From: the human T2T-CHM13v2.0 reference genome, Homo sapiens
NCBI RefSeq assembly: GCF_009914755.1
Contig: NC_060943.1
Length of the DNA: 64,000 bases
Strand: one strand, 5' to 3'
Shown here: positions 1 to 12,231 of the stretch, piece by piece
Layout: each line of letters begins with the position of its first letter
How positions within the stretch are numbered: position 1 is the stretch's first letter
Notes under the pieces: model-generated
Told to the model about the DNA's origin: nothing
Database searches by the model: none
The model's input: only the letters and a program-made list of their open reading frames with translations
Position numbers and translations under genes: made by a program

Positions 1-33
1 ATTTGCAAGTGGAGATTTCAGCCGCTTTGAGGT

Positions 34-50
34 CAATGGTAGAATAGGAA
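34..50 (+). promoter_or_regulatory. pJalpha/A-box-like site of the A-type monomer (recurs every 340 bp)
   Basis: CAATGGTAGAATAGGAA lies 171 bp before the CENP-B box at the homologous position and matches the recalled A-box consensus CTAYGGTGRAAAAGGAA at 14/17 positions. Binding is not demonstrated. Confidence 0.65.
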
Positions 51-78
51 ATATCTTCCTATAGAAACTAGACAGAAT

Positions 79-247
79 GATTCTCAGAAACTCCTTTGTG
101 ATGTGCGCGTTCAACTCACAGAGTTTAACCTTTCTTTTCATAGAGCAGTTAGGAAACACTCTGTTTGTAAAGTCTGCAAGTGGATATTCAGACATCCTTG
201 AGGCTTTCGTTGGAAACGGGATTTCTTCATATTCTGCTAGAAAGAAG
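79..247 (+). repeat. Representative B-type (J2) monomer, 169 bp, carrying the CENP-B box
   Basis: Runs from GATTCTCAGAAACTCC (79) to just before the next monomer start AATTCTCAGTAAC (248). Contains the box at 205-221 and recurs every 340 bp. Confidence 0.9.
205..221 (+). promoter_or_regulatory. CENP-B box (first of 188 box positions, one per dimer)
   Basis: TTTCGTTGGAAACGGGA matches YTTCGTTGGAARCGGGA with all nine core bases (NTTCGNNNNANNCGGGN). Variants CTTCGTTGGAAGCGGGA (e.g. 545-561) and CTTCGTTGGAAACGGGA (e.g. 5645-5661) also keep the core. Confidence 0.96.
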
Positions 248-252
248 AATTC
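247..252. other. EcoRI site defining the classic 340-bp alphoid fragment
   Basis: GAATTC at the J2/J1 junction of essentially every dimer; lost at 9427-9432 (GGATTC). Confidence 0.9.
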
Positions 253-418
253 TCAGTAACTTCCTTGTGTTGTGTGTATTCAACTCACAGAGTTGAACGA
301 TCCTTTACACAGAGCAGACTTGAAACACTCTTTTTGTGGAATTTGCAAGTGGAGATTTCAGCCGCTTTGAGTTCAATGGTAGAATAGGAAATATCTTCCT
401 ATAGAAACTAGACAGAAT
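248..418 (+). repeat. Representative A-type (J1) monomer, 171 bp, without a CENP-B box
   Basis: Runs from AATTCTCAGTAAC (248) to 418. Homologous to the neighbouring monomer but has CAATGGTAGAATAGGAA at the box-equivalent position. 169+171=340. Confidence 0.9.
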
Positions 419-3400
419 GATTCTCAGAAACTCCTTTGTGATGTGTGCGTTCAACTCACAGAGTTCAACCTTTCTTTTCATAGAGCAGTTGGGAAACACT
501 CTGTTTGTAAAGTCTGCAAGTGGATATTCAGACTTCTTTGAGGCCTTCGTTGGAAGCGGGATTTCTTCATGTTCTGCTAGACAGAAGAATTCTCAGTAAC
601 TGCCTTGTGTTGTGTGTATTCAACTCACAGAGTTGAACGATCCTTTACACAGAGCAGACTTGAAACACTCCTTTTGTGGAATTTGCAAGTGGAGATTTCA
701 GCCGCTTTGAGGTCAATGGTAGAATAGGAAATATCTTCCTATAGAAACTAGACAGAATGATTCTCAGAAACTCCTTTGTGATGTGTGCGTTCAACTCACA
801 GAGTTTAACCTTTCTTTTCATAGAGCAGTTAGGAAACACTCTGTTTGTAAAGTCTGCAAGTGGATATTCAGACATCCTTGAGGCTTTCGTTGGAAACGGG
901 ATTTCTTCATATTCTGCTAGAAAGAAGAATTCTCAGTAACTTCCTTGTGTTGTGTGTATTCAACTCACAGAGTTGAACGATCCTTTACACAGAGCAGACT
1001 TGAAACACTCTTTTTGTGGAATTTGCAAGTGGAGATTTCAGCCGCTTTGAGGTCAATGGTAGAATAGGAAATATCTTCCTATAGAAACTAGACAGAATGA
1101 TTCTCAGAAACTCCTTTGTGATGTGTGCGTTCAACTCACAGAGTTTAACCTTTCTTTTCATAGAGCAGTTAGGAAACACTCTGTTTGTAAAGTCTGCAAG
1201 TGGATATTCAGACGTACTTGAGGCTTTCGTTGGAAACGGGATTTCTTCATATTCTGCTAGAAAGAAGAATTCTCAGTAACTTCCTTGTGTTGTGTGTATT
1301 CAACTCACAGAGTTGAACGATCCTTTACACAGAGCAGACTTGAAACACTCTTTTTGTGGAATTTGCAAGTGGAGATTTCAGCCGCTTTGAGGTCAATGGT
1401 AGAATAGGAAATATCTTCCTATAGAAACTAGACAGAATGATTCTCAGAAACTCCTTTGTGATGTGTGCGTTCAACTCACAGAGTTTAACCTTTCTTTTCA
1501 TAGAGCAGTTGGGAAACACTCTGTTTGTAAAGTCTGCAAGTGGATATTCAGACCTCCTTGAGGCTTTCGTTGGAAACGGGATTTCTTCATATTCTGCTAG
1601 AAAGAAGAATTCTCAGTAACTTCCTTGTGTTGTGTGTATTCAACTCACAGAGTTGAACGATCCTTTACACAGAGCAGACTTGAAACACCCTTTTTGTGGA
1701 ATTTGCAAGTGGAGATTTCAGCCGCTTTGAGTTCAATGGTAGAATAGGAAATATCTTCCTATAGAAACTAGACAGAATGATTCTCAGAAACTCCTTTGTG
1801 ATGTGTGCGTTCAACTCACAGAGTTCAACCTTTCTTTTCATAGAGCAGTTGGGAAACGCTCTGTTTGTAAAGTCTGCAAGTGGATATTCAGACTTCTTTG
1901 AGGCCTTCGTTGGAAGCGGGATTTCTTCATATTCTGCTAGACAGAAGAATTCTCAGTAACTGCCTTGTGTTGTGTGTATTCAACTCACAGAGTTGAACGA
2001 TCCTTTACACAGAGCAGACTTGAAACACTCTTTTTGTGGAATTTGCAAGTGGAGATTTCAGCCGCTTTGAGGTCAATGGTAGAATAGGAAATATCTTCCT
2101 ATAGAAACTAGACAGAATGATTCTCAGAAACTCCTTTGTGATGTGTGCGTTCAACTCACGGAGTTTACCCTTTCTTTTCATAGAGCAGTTAGGAAACACT
2201 CTGTTTGTAAAGTCTGCAAGTGGATATTCAGACATCCTTGAGGCTTTCGTTGGAAACGGGATTTCTTCATATTCTGCTAGAAAGAAGAATTCTCAGTAAC
2301 TTCCTTGTGTTGTGTGTATTCAACTCACAGAGTTGAACGATCCTTTACACAGAGCAGACTTGAAACACTCTTTTTGTGGAATTTGCAAGTGGAGATTTCA
2401 GCCGCTTTGAGGTCAATGGTAGAATAGGAAATATCTTCCTATAGAAACTAGACAGAATGATTCTCAGAAACTCCTTTGTGATGTGTGCGTTCAACTCACA
2501 GAGTTTAACCTTTCTTTTCATAGAGCAGTTAGGAAACACTCTGTTTGTAAAGTCTGCAAGTGGATATTCAGACATCCTTGAGGCTTTCGTTGGAAACGGG
2601 ATTTCTTCATATTCTGCTAGAAAGAAGAATTCTCAGTAACTTCCTTGTGTTGTGTGTATTCAACTCACAGAGTTGAACGATCCTTTACACAGAGCAGACT
2701 TGAAACACTCTTTTTGTGGAATTTGCAAGTGGAGATTTCAGCCGCTTTGAGGTCAATGGTAGAATAGGAAATATCTTCCTATAGAAACTAGACAGAATGA
2801 TTCTCAGAAACTCCTTTGTGATGTGTGCGTTCAGCTCACAGAGTTCAACCTTTCTTTTCATAGAGCAGTTGGGAAACACTCTGTTTGTAAAGTCTGCAAG
2901 TGGATATTCAGACTTCTTTGAGGCCTTCGTTGGAAGCGGGATTTCTTCATGTTCTGCTAGACAGAAGAATTCTCAGTAACTGCCTTGTGTTGTGTGTATT
3001 CAACTCACAGAGTTGAACGATCCTTTACACAGAGCAGACTTGAAACACTCCTTTTGTGGAATTTGCAAGTGGAGATTTCAGCCGCTTTGAGGTCAATGGT
3101 AGAATAGGAAATATCTTCCTATAGAAACTAGACAGAATGATTCTCAGAAACTCCTTTGTGATGTGTGCGTTCAACTCACAGAGTTTAACCTTTCTTTTCA
3201 TAGAGCAGTTAGGAAACACTCTGTTTGTAAAGTCTGCAAGTGGATATTCAGACTTCTTTGAGGCCTTCGTTGGAAGCGGGATTTCTTCATATTCTGCTAG
3301 AAAGAAGAATTCTCAGTAACTTCCTTGTGTTGTGTGTATTCAACTCACAGAGTTGAACGATCCTTTACACAGAGCAGACTTGAAACACTCTTTTTGTGGA

Positions 3401-3528
3401 ATTTGCAAGTGGAGATTTCAGCCGCTTTGAGGTCAATGGTAGAATAGGAAATATCTTCCTATAGAAACTAGACAGAATGATTCTCAGAAACTCCTTTGTG
3501 ATGTGTGCGTTCAACTCACAGAGTTTAC

Positions 3529-6500
3529 CCTTTCTTTTCATAGAGCAGTTAGGAAACACTCTGTTTGTAAAGTCTGCAAGTGGATATTCAGACATCCTTG
3601 AGGCTTTCGTTGGAAACGGGATTTCTTCATATTCTGCTAGAAAGGAGAATTCTCAGTAACTTCCTTGTGTTGTGTGTATTCAACTCACAGAGTTGAACGA
3701 TCCTTTACACAGAGCAGACTTGAAACACTCTTTTTGTGGAATTTGCAAGTGGAGATTTCAGCCGCTTTGAGGTCAATGGTCGAATAGGAAATATCTTCCT
3801 ATAGAAACTAGACAGAATGATTCTCAGAAACTCCTTTGTGATGTGTGCGTTCAACTCACAGAGTTTAACCTTTCTTTTCATAGAGTAGTTAGGAAACACT
3901 CTGTTTGTAAAGTCTGCAAGTGGATATTCAGACATCCTTGAGGCTTTCGTTGGAAACGGGATTTCTTCATATTCTGCTAGAAAAAAGAATTCTCAGTAAC
4001 TTCCTTGTGTTGTGTGTATTCAACTCACAGAGTTGAACGATCCTTTACACAGAGCAGACTTGAAACACTCTTTTTGTGGAATTTGCAAGTGGAGATTTCA
4101 GCCGCTTTGAGGTCAATGGTAGAATAGGAAATATCTTCCTATAGAAACTAGACAGAATGATTCTCAGAAACTCCTTTGTGATGTGTGCGTTCAACTCACA
4201 GAGTTCAACCTTTCTTTTCATAGAGCAGTTGGGAAACACTCTGTTTGTAAAGTCTGCAAGTGGATATTCAGACTTCTTTGAGGCCTTCGTTGGAAGCGGG
4301 ATTTCTTCATGTTCTGCTAGACAGAAGAATTCTCAGTAACTGCCTTGTGTTGTGTGTATTCAACTCACAGAGTTGAACGATCCTTTACACAGAGCAGACT
4401 TGAAACACTCCTTTTGTGGAATTTGCAAGTGGAGATTTCAGCCGCTTTGAGGTCAATGGTAGAATAGGAAATATCTTCCTATAGAAACTAGACAGAATGA
4501 TTCTCAGAAACTCCTTTGTGATGTGTGCGTTCAACTCACAGAGTTTAACCTTTCTTTTCATAGAGCAGTTAGGAAACACTCTGTTTGTAAAGTCTGCAAG
4601 TGGATATTCAGACATCCTTGAGGCTTTCGTTGGAAACGGGATTTCTTCATATTCTGCTAGAAAGAAGAATTCTCAGTAACTTCCTTGTGTTGTGTGTATT
4701 CAACTCACAGAGTTGAACGATCCTTTACACAGAGCAGACTTGAAACACTCTTTTTGTGGAATTTGCAAGTGGAGATTTCAGCCGCTTTGAGGTCAATGGT
4801 AGAATAGGAGATATCTTCCTATAGAAACTAGACAGAATGATTCTCAGAAACTCCTTTGTGATGTGTGCGTTCAACTCACAGAGTTTAACCTTTCTTTTCA
4901 TAGAGCAGTTAGGAAACACTCTGTTTGTAAAGTCTGCAAGTGGATATTCAGACATCCTTGAGGCTTTCGTTGGAAACGGGATTTCTTCATATTCTGCTAG
5001 ACAGAAGAATTCTCAGTAACTTCCTTGTGTTGTGTGTATTCAACTCACAGAGTTGAACGATCCTTTACACACAGCAGACTTGAAACACTCTTTTTGTGGA
5101 ATTTGCAAGTGGAGATTTCAGCCGCTTTGAGGTCAATGGTAGAATAGGAAATATCTTCCTATAGAAACTAGACAGAATGATTCTCAGAAACTCCTTTGTG
5201 ATGTGTGCGTTCAACTCACAGAGTTCAACCTTTCTTTTCATAGAGCAGTTGGGAAACACTCTGTTTGTAAAGTCTGCAAGTGGATATTCAGACTTCTTTG
5301 AGGCCTTCGTTGGAAGCGGGATTTCTTCATGTTCTGCTAGACAGAAGAATTCTCAGAAACTTCCTTGTGTTGTGTGTTTTCAACTCACAGAGTTGAACGA
5401 TCCTTTACACAGAGCAGACTTGAAACACTCCTTTTGTGTAATTTGCAAGTGGAGATTTCAGCCGCTTTGAGGTCAATGGTAGAATAGGAAATATCTTCCT
5501 ATAGAAAGTAGACAGAATGATTCTCAGAAACTCCTTTGTGATGTGTGCGTTCAACTCACAGAGTTTAACCTTTCTTTTCATAGAGCAGTTAGGAAACACT
5601 CTGTTTGTAAAGTCTGCAAGTGGATATTCAGACCTCCTTGAGGCCTTCGTTGGAAACGGGATTTCTTCATATTATGCTAGACAGAAGAATTCTCAGTAAC
5701 TTTCTTGTGTTGTGTGTATTCAACTCACAGAGTTGAACGATCCTTTACACAGAGCAGACTTGAAAAACTCTATTTGTGGAATTTGCAAGTGGAGATTTCA
5801 GCCGCTTTGAGGTCAATGGTAGAATAGGAAATATCTTCCTATAGAAACTAGACAGAATGATTCTCAGAAACTCCTTTGTGATGTGTGCGTTCAACTCACA
5901 GAGTTCAACCTTTCTTTTCATAGAGTAGTTGGAAAACACTCTGTTTGTAAAGTCTGCAAGTGGATATTCAGACTTCTTTGAGGCCTTCGTTGGAAGCGGG
6001 ATTTCTTCATATTCTGCTAGACAGAAGAATTCTCAGTAACTGCCTTGTGTTGTGTGTATTCAACTCACAGAGTTGAACGATCCTTTACACAGAGCAGACT
6101 TGAAACACTCTTTTTGTGGAATTTGCAAGTGGAGATTTCAGCCGCTTTGAGGTCAATGTTAGAATAGGAAATATCTTCCTATAGAAACTAGACAGAATGA
6201 TTCTCAGAAACTCCTTTGTGATGTGTGCGTTCAACTCACAGAGTTTAACCTTTCTTTTCATAGAGCAGTTAGGAAACACTCTGTTTGTAAAGTCTGCAAG
6301 TGGATATTCAGACATCCTTGAGGCTTTCGTTGGAAACGGGATTTCTTCATATTCTGCTAGAAAGGAGAATTCTCAGTAACTTCCTTGTGTTGTGTGTATT
6401 CAACTCACAGAGTTGAACGATCCTTTACACAGAGCAGACTTGAAACACTCTTTTTGTGGAATTTGCAAGTGGAGATTTCAGCCGCTTTGAGGTCAATGGT

Positions 6501-9079
6501 CGAATAGGAAATATCTTCCTATAGAAACTAGACAGAATGATTCTCAGAAACTCCTTTGTGATGTGTGCGTTCAACTCACAGAGTTTAACCTTTCTTTTCA
6601 TAGAGTAGTTAGGAAACACTCTGTTTGTAAAGTCTGCAAGTGGATATTCAGACATCCTTGAGGCTTTCGTTGGAAACGGGATTTCTTCATATTCTGCTAG
6701 AAAAAAGAATTCTCAGTAACTTCCTTGTGTTGTGTGTATTCAACTCACAGAGTTGAACGATCCTTTACACAGAGCAGACTTGAAACACTCTTTTTGTGGA
6801 ATTTGCAAGTGGAGATTTCAGCCGCTTTGAGGTCAATGGTAGAATAGGAAATATCTTCCTATAGAAACTAGACAGAATGATTCTCAGAAACTCCTTTGTG
6901 ATGTGTGCGTTCAACTCACAGAGTTCAACCTTTCTTTTCATAGAGCAGTTGGGAAACACTCTGTTTGTAAAGTCTGCAAGTGGATATTCAGACTTCTTTG
7001 AGGCCTTCGTTGGAAGCGGGATTTCTTCATGTTCTGCTAGACAGAAGAATTCTCAGTAACTGCCTTGTGTTGTGTGTATTCAACTCACAGAGTTGAACGA
7101 TCCTTTACACAGAGCAGACTTGAAACACTCCTTTTGTGGAATTTGGAAGTGGAGATTTCAGCCGCTTTGAGGTCAATGGTAGAATAGGAAATATCTTCCT
7201 ATAGAAACTAGACAGAATGATTCTCAGAAACTCCTTTGTGATGTGTGCGTTCAACTCACAGAGTTTAACCTTTCTTTTCATAGAGCAGTTAGGAAACACT
7301 CTGTTTGTAAAGTCTGCAAGTGGATATTCAGACATCCTTGAGGCTTTCGTTGGAAACGGGATTTCTTCATATTCTGCTAGAAAGAAGAATTCTCAGTAAC
7401 TTCCTTGTGTTGTGTGTATTCAACTCACAGAGTTGAACGATCCTTTACACAGAGCAGACTTGAAACACTCTTTTTGTGGAATTTGCAAGTGGAGATTTCA
7501 GCCGCTTTGAGGTCAATGGTAGAATAGGAGATATCTTCCTATAGAAACTAGACAGAATGATTCTCAGAAACTCCTTTGTGATGTGTGCGTTCAACTCACA
7601 GAGTTTAACCTTTCTTTTCATAGAGCAGTTAGGAAACACTCTGTTTGTAAAGTCTGCAAGTGGATATTCAGACATCCTTGAGGCTTTCGTTGGAAACGGG
7701 ATTTCTTCATATTCTGCTAGACAGAAGAATTCTCAGTAACTTCCTTGTGTTGTGTGTATTCAACTCACAGAGTTGAACGATCCTTTACACACAGCAGACT
7801 TGAAACACTCTTTTTGTGGAATTTGCAAGTGGAGATTTCAGCCGCTTTGAGGTCAATGGTAGAATAGGAAATATCTTCCTATAGAAACTAGACAGAATGA
7901 TTCTCAGAAACTCCTTTGTGATGTGTGCGTTCAACTCACAGAGTTCAACCTTTCTTTTCATAGAGCAGTTGGGAAACACTCTGTTTGTAAAGTCTGCAAG
8001 TGGATATTCAGACTTCTTTGAGGCCTTCGTTGGAAGCGGGATTTCTTCATGTTCTGCTAGACAGAAGAATTCTCAGAAACTTCCTTGTGTTGTGTGTTTT
8101 CAACTCACAGAGTTGAACGATCCTTTACACAGAGCAGACTTGAAACACTCCTTTTGTGTAATTTGCAAGTGGAGATTTCAGCCGCTTTGAGGTCAATGGT
8201 AGAATAGGAAATATCTTCCTATAGAAAGTAGACAGAATGATTCTCAGAAACTCCTTTGTGATGTGTGCGTTCAACTCACAGAGTTTAACCTTTCTTTTCA
8301 TAGAGCAGTTAGGAAACACTCTGTTTGTAAAGTCTGCAAGTGGATATTCAGACCTCCTTGAGGCCTTCGTTGGAAACGGGATTTCTTCATATTATGCTAG
8401 ACAGAAGAATTCTCAGTAACTTTCTTGTGTTGTGTGTATTCAACTCACAGAGTTGAACGATCCTTTACACAGAGCAGACTTGAAAAACTCTATTTGTGGA
8501 ATTTGCAAGTGGAGATTTCAGCCGCTTTGAGGTCAATGGTAGAATAGGAAATATCTTCCTATAGAAACTAGACAGAATGATTCTCAGAAACTCCTTTGTG
8601 ATGTGTGCGTTCAACTCACAGAGTTCAACCTTTCTTTTCATAGAGTAGTTGGAAAACACTCTGTTTGTAAAGTCTGCAAGTGGATATTCAGACTTCTTTG
8701 AGGCCTTCGTTGGAAGCGGGATTTCTTCATATTCTGCTAGACAGAAGAATTCTCAGTAACTGCCTTGTGTTGTGTGTATTCAACTCACAGAGTTGAACGA
8801 TCCTTTACACAGAGCAGACTTGAAACACTCTTTTTGTGGAATTTGCAAGTGGAGATTTCAGCCGCTTTGAGGTCAATGTTAGAATAGGAAATATCTTCCT
8901 ATAGAAACTAGACAGAATGATTCTCAGAAACTCCTTTGTGATGTGTGCGTTCAACTCACAGAGTTTAACCTTTCTTTTCATAGAGCAGTTAGGAAACACT
9001 CTGTTTGTAAAGTCTGCAAGTGGATATTCAGACATCCTTGAGGCTTTCGTTGGAAACGGGATTTCTTCATATTCTGCTA
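3529..9079 (+). repeat. Tandem duplication with a 2720-bp (8-dimer) unit
   Basis: Rare variants recur at +2720: aaaggagaat 3641/6361, cgaatagg 3781/6501, agaataggag 4801/7521, acagcagact 5071/7791, tgaaaaactctattt 5761/8481, ggtcaatgtt 6151/8871. Confidence 0.92.
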
Positions 9080-12000
9080 CAAAGAAGAATTCTCAGTAAC
9101 TTCCTTGTGTTGTGTGTATTCAACTCACAGAGTTGAACGATCCTTTACACAGAGCAGACTTGAAACACTCTTTTTGTGGAATTTGCAAGTGGAGATTTCA
9201 GCCGCTTTGAGGTCAATGGTAGAATAGGAAATATCTTCCTATAGAAACTAGACAGAATGATTCTCAGAAACTCCTTTGTGATGTGCGCGTTCAACTCACA
9301 GAGTTTAACCTTTCTTTTCATAGAGCAGTTAGGAAACACTCTGTTTGTAAAGTCTGCAAGTGGATATTCAGACATCCTTGAGGCTTTCGTTGGAAACGGG
9401 ATTTCTTCATATTCTGCTAGAAAGAAGGATTCTCAGTAACTTCCTTGTGTTGTGTGTATTCAACTCACAGAGTTGAACGATCCTTTACACAGAGCAGACT
9501 TGAAACACTCTTTTTGTGGAATTTGCAAGTGGAGATTTCAGCCGCTTTGAGTTCAATGGTAGAATAGGAAATATCTTCCTATAGAAACTAGACAGAATGA
9601 TGCTCAGAAACTCCTTTGTGATGTGTGCGTTCAACTCACAGAGTTCAACCTTTCTTTTCATAGAGCAGTTGGGAAACACTCTGTTTGTAAAGTCTGCAAG
9701 TGGATATTCAGACTTCTTTGAGGCCTTCGTTGGAAGCGGGATTTCTTCATGTTCTGCTAGACAGAAGAATTCTCAGTAACTGCCTTGTGTTGTGTGTATT
9801 CAACTCACAGAGGTGAACGATCCTTTACACAGAGCAGACTTGAAACACTCCTTTTGTGGAATTTGCAAGTGGAGATTTCAGCCGCTTTGAGGTCAATGGT
9901 AGAATAGGAAATATCTTCCTATAGAAACTAGACAGAATGATTCTCAGAAACTCCTTTGTGATGTGTGCGTTCAACTCACAGAGTTTAACCTTTCTTTTCA
10001 TAGCGCAGTTGGGAAACACTCTGTTTGTAAAGTCTGCAAGTGGATATTCAGACATCCTTGAGGCTTTCGTTGGAAACGGGATTTCTTCATATTCTGCTAG
10101 AAAGAAGAATTCTCAGTAACTTCCTTGTGTTGTGTGTATTCAACTCACAGAGTTGAACGATCCTTTACACAGAGCAGACTTGAAACACTCTTTTTGTGGA
10201 ATTTGCAAGTGGAGATTTCAGCCGCTTTGAGGTCAATGGTAGAATAGGAAATATCTTCCTATAGAAACTAGACAGAATGATTCTCAGAAACTCCTTTGTG
10301 ATGTGTGCGTTCAACTCACAGAGTTTAACCTTTCTTTTCATAGAGCAGTTGGGAAACACTCTGCTTGTAAAGTCTGCAAGTGGATATTCAGACATCCTTG
10401 AGGCTTTCGTTGGAAACGGGATTTCTTCATATTCTGCTAGAAAGAAGAATTCTCAGTAACTTCCTTGTGTTGTGTGTATTCAACTCACAGAGTTGAACGA
10501 TCCTTTACACAGAGCAGACTTGAAACACTCTTTTTGCGGAATTTGCAAGTGGAGATTTCAGCCGCTTTGAGGTCAATGGTAGAATAGGAAATATCTTCCT
10601 ATAGAAACTAGACAGAATGATTCTCAGAAACTCCTTTGTGATGTGTGCGTTCAACTCACACAGTTTAACCTTTCTTTTCATAGAGCAGTTGGGAAACACT
10701 CTGTTTGTAAAGTCTGCAAGTGGATATTCAGACCTCCTTGAGGCCTTCGTTGGAAAAGGGATTTCTTCATATTATGCTAGACAGAAGAATTCTCAGTAAC
10801 TTCCTTGTGTTGTGTGTATTCAACTCACAGAGTTGAACGATCCTTTACACAGAGCAGACTTGAAACACTCTTTTTGTGGAATTTGCAAGTGGAGATTTCA
10901 GCCGCTTTGAAGTCAATGGTAGAATAGGAAATATCTTCCTATAGAAACTAGACAGAATGATTCTCAGAAACTCCTTTGTGATGTGTGCGTTCAACTCACA
11001 CAGTTTAACCTTTCTTTTCATAGAGCTGTTAGGAAACACTCTGTTTGTAAAGTCTGCAAGTGGATATTCAGACCTCCTTGAGGCCTTCGTTGGAAACGGG
11101 ATTTCTTCATATTATGCTAGACAGAAGAATTCTCAGTAACTTCCTTGTGTTGTGTGTATTCAACTCACAGAGTTGAACGATCCTTTACACACAGCAGACT
11201 TGAAACACTCTTTTTGTGGAATTTGCAAGTGGAGATTTCAGCCGCTTTGAGTTCAATGGTAGAATAGGAAATATCTTCCTATAGAAACTAGACAGAATGA
11301 TTCTCAGAAACTCCTTTGTGATGTGTGCGTTCAACTCACAGAGTTCAACCTTTCTTTTCATAGAGCAGTTGGGAAACACTCTGTTTGTAAAGTCTGCAAG
11401 TGGATATTCAGACTTCTTTGAGGCCTTCGTTGGAAGCGGGATTTCTTCATGTTCTGCTAGACAGAAGAATTCTCAGAAACTTCCTTGTGTTGTGTGTTTT
11501 CAACTCACAGAGTTGAACGATCCTTTACACAGAGCAGACTTGAAACACTCCTTTTGTGGAATTTGCAAGTGGAGATTTCAGCCGCTTTGAGGTCAATGGT
11601 AGAATAGGAAATATCTTCCTATAGAAAGTAGACAGAATGATTCTCAGAAACTCCTTTGTGATGTGTGCGTTCAACTCACAGAGTTTAACCTTTCTTTTCA
11701 TAGAGCAGTTAGGAAACACTCTGTTTGTAAAGTCTGCAAGTGGATATTCAGACCTCCTTGAGGCCTTCGTTGGAAACGGGATTTCTTCATATTATGCTAG
11801 ACAGAAGAATTCTCAGTAACTTCCTTGTGTTGTGTGTATTCAACTCACAGAGTTGAACGATCCTTTACACAGAGCAGACTTGAAACACTCTTTTTGTGGA
11901 ATTTGCAAGTGGAGATTTCAGCCGCTTTGAGGTCAATGGTAGAATAGGAAATATCTTCCTATAGAAACTAGACAGAATGATTCTCAGAAACTCCTTTGTG

Positions 12001-12231
12001 ATGTGTGCGTTCAACTCACAGAGTTCAACCTTTCTTTTCATAGAGCAGTTGGAAAACACTCTGTTTGTAAAGTCTGCAAGTGGATATTCAAACTTCTTTG
12101 AGGCCTTCGTTGGAAGCGGGATATCTTCATATTCTGCTAGACAGAAGAATTCTCAGTAACTGCCTTGTGTTGTGTGTATTCAACTCACAGAGTTGAACGA
12201 TCCTTTACACAGAGCAGACTTGAAACACTCT

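Noticed and set aside
5177-5470. Extended 97-aa ORF variant (also 7897, 11297, 21497, 23877, 40873 and others)
   Set aside because: It results from TCAGTAAC>TCAGAAAC or TCAGGAAC removing a stop codon. It is a J1 subtype marker, not evidence of coding selection.
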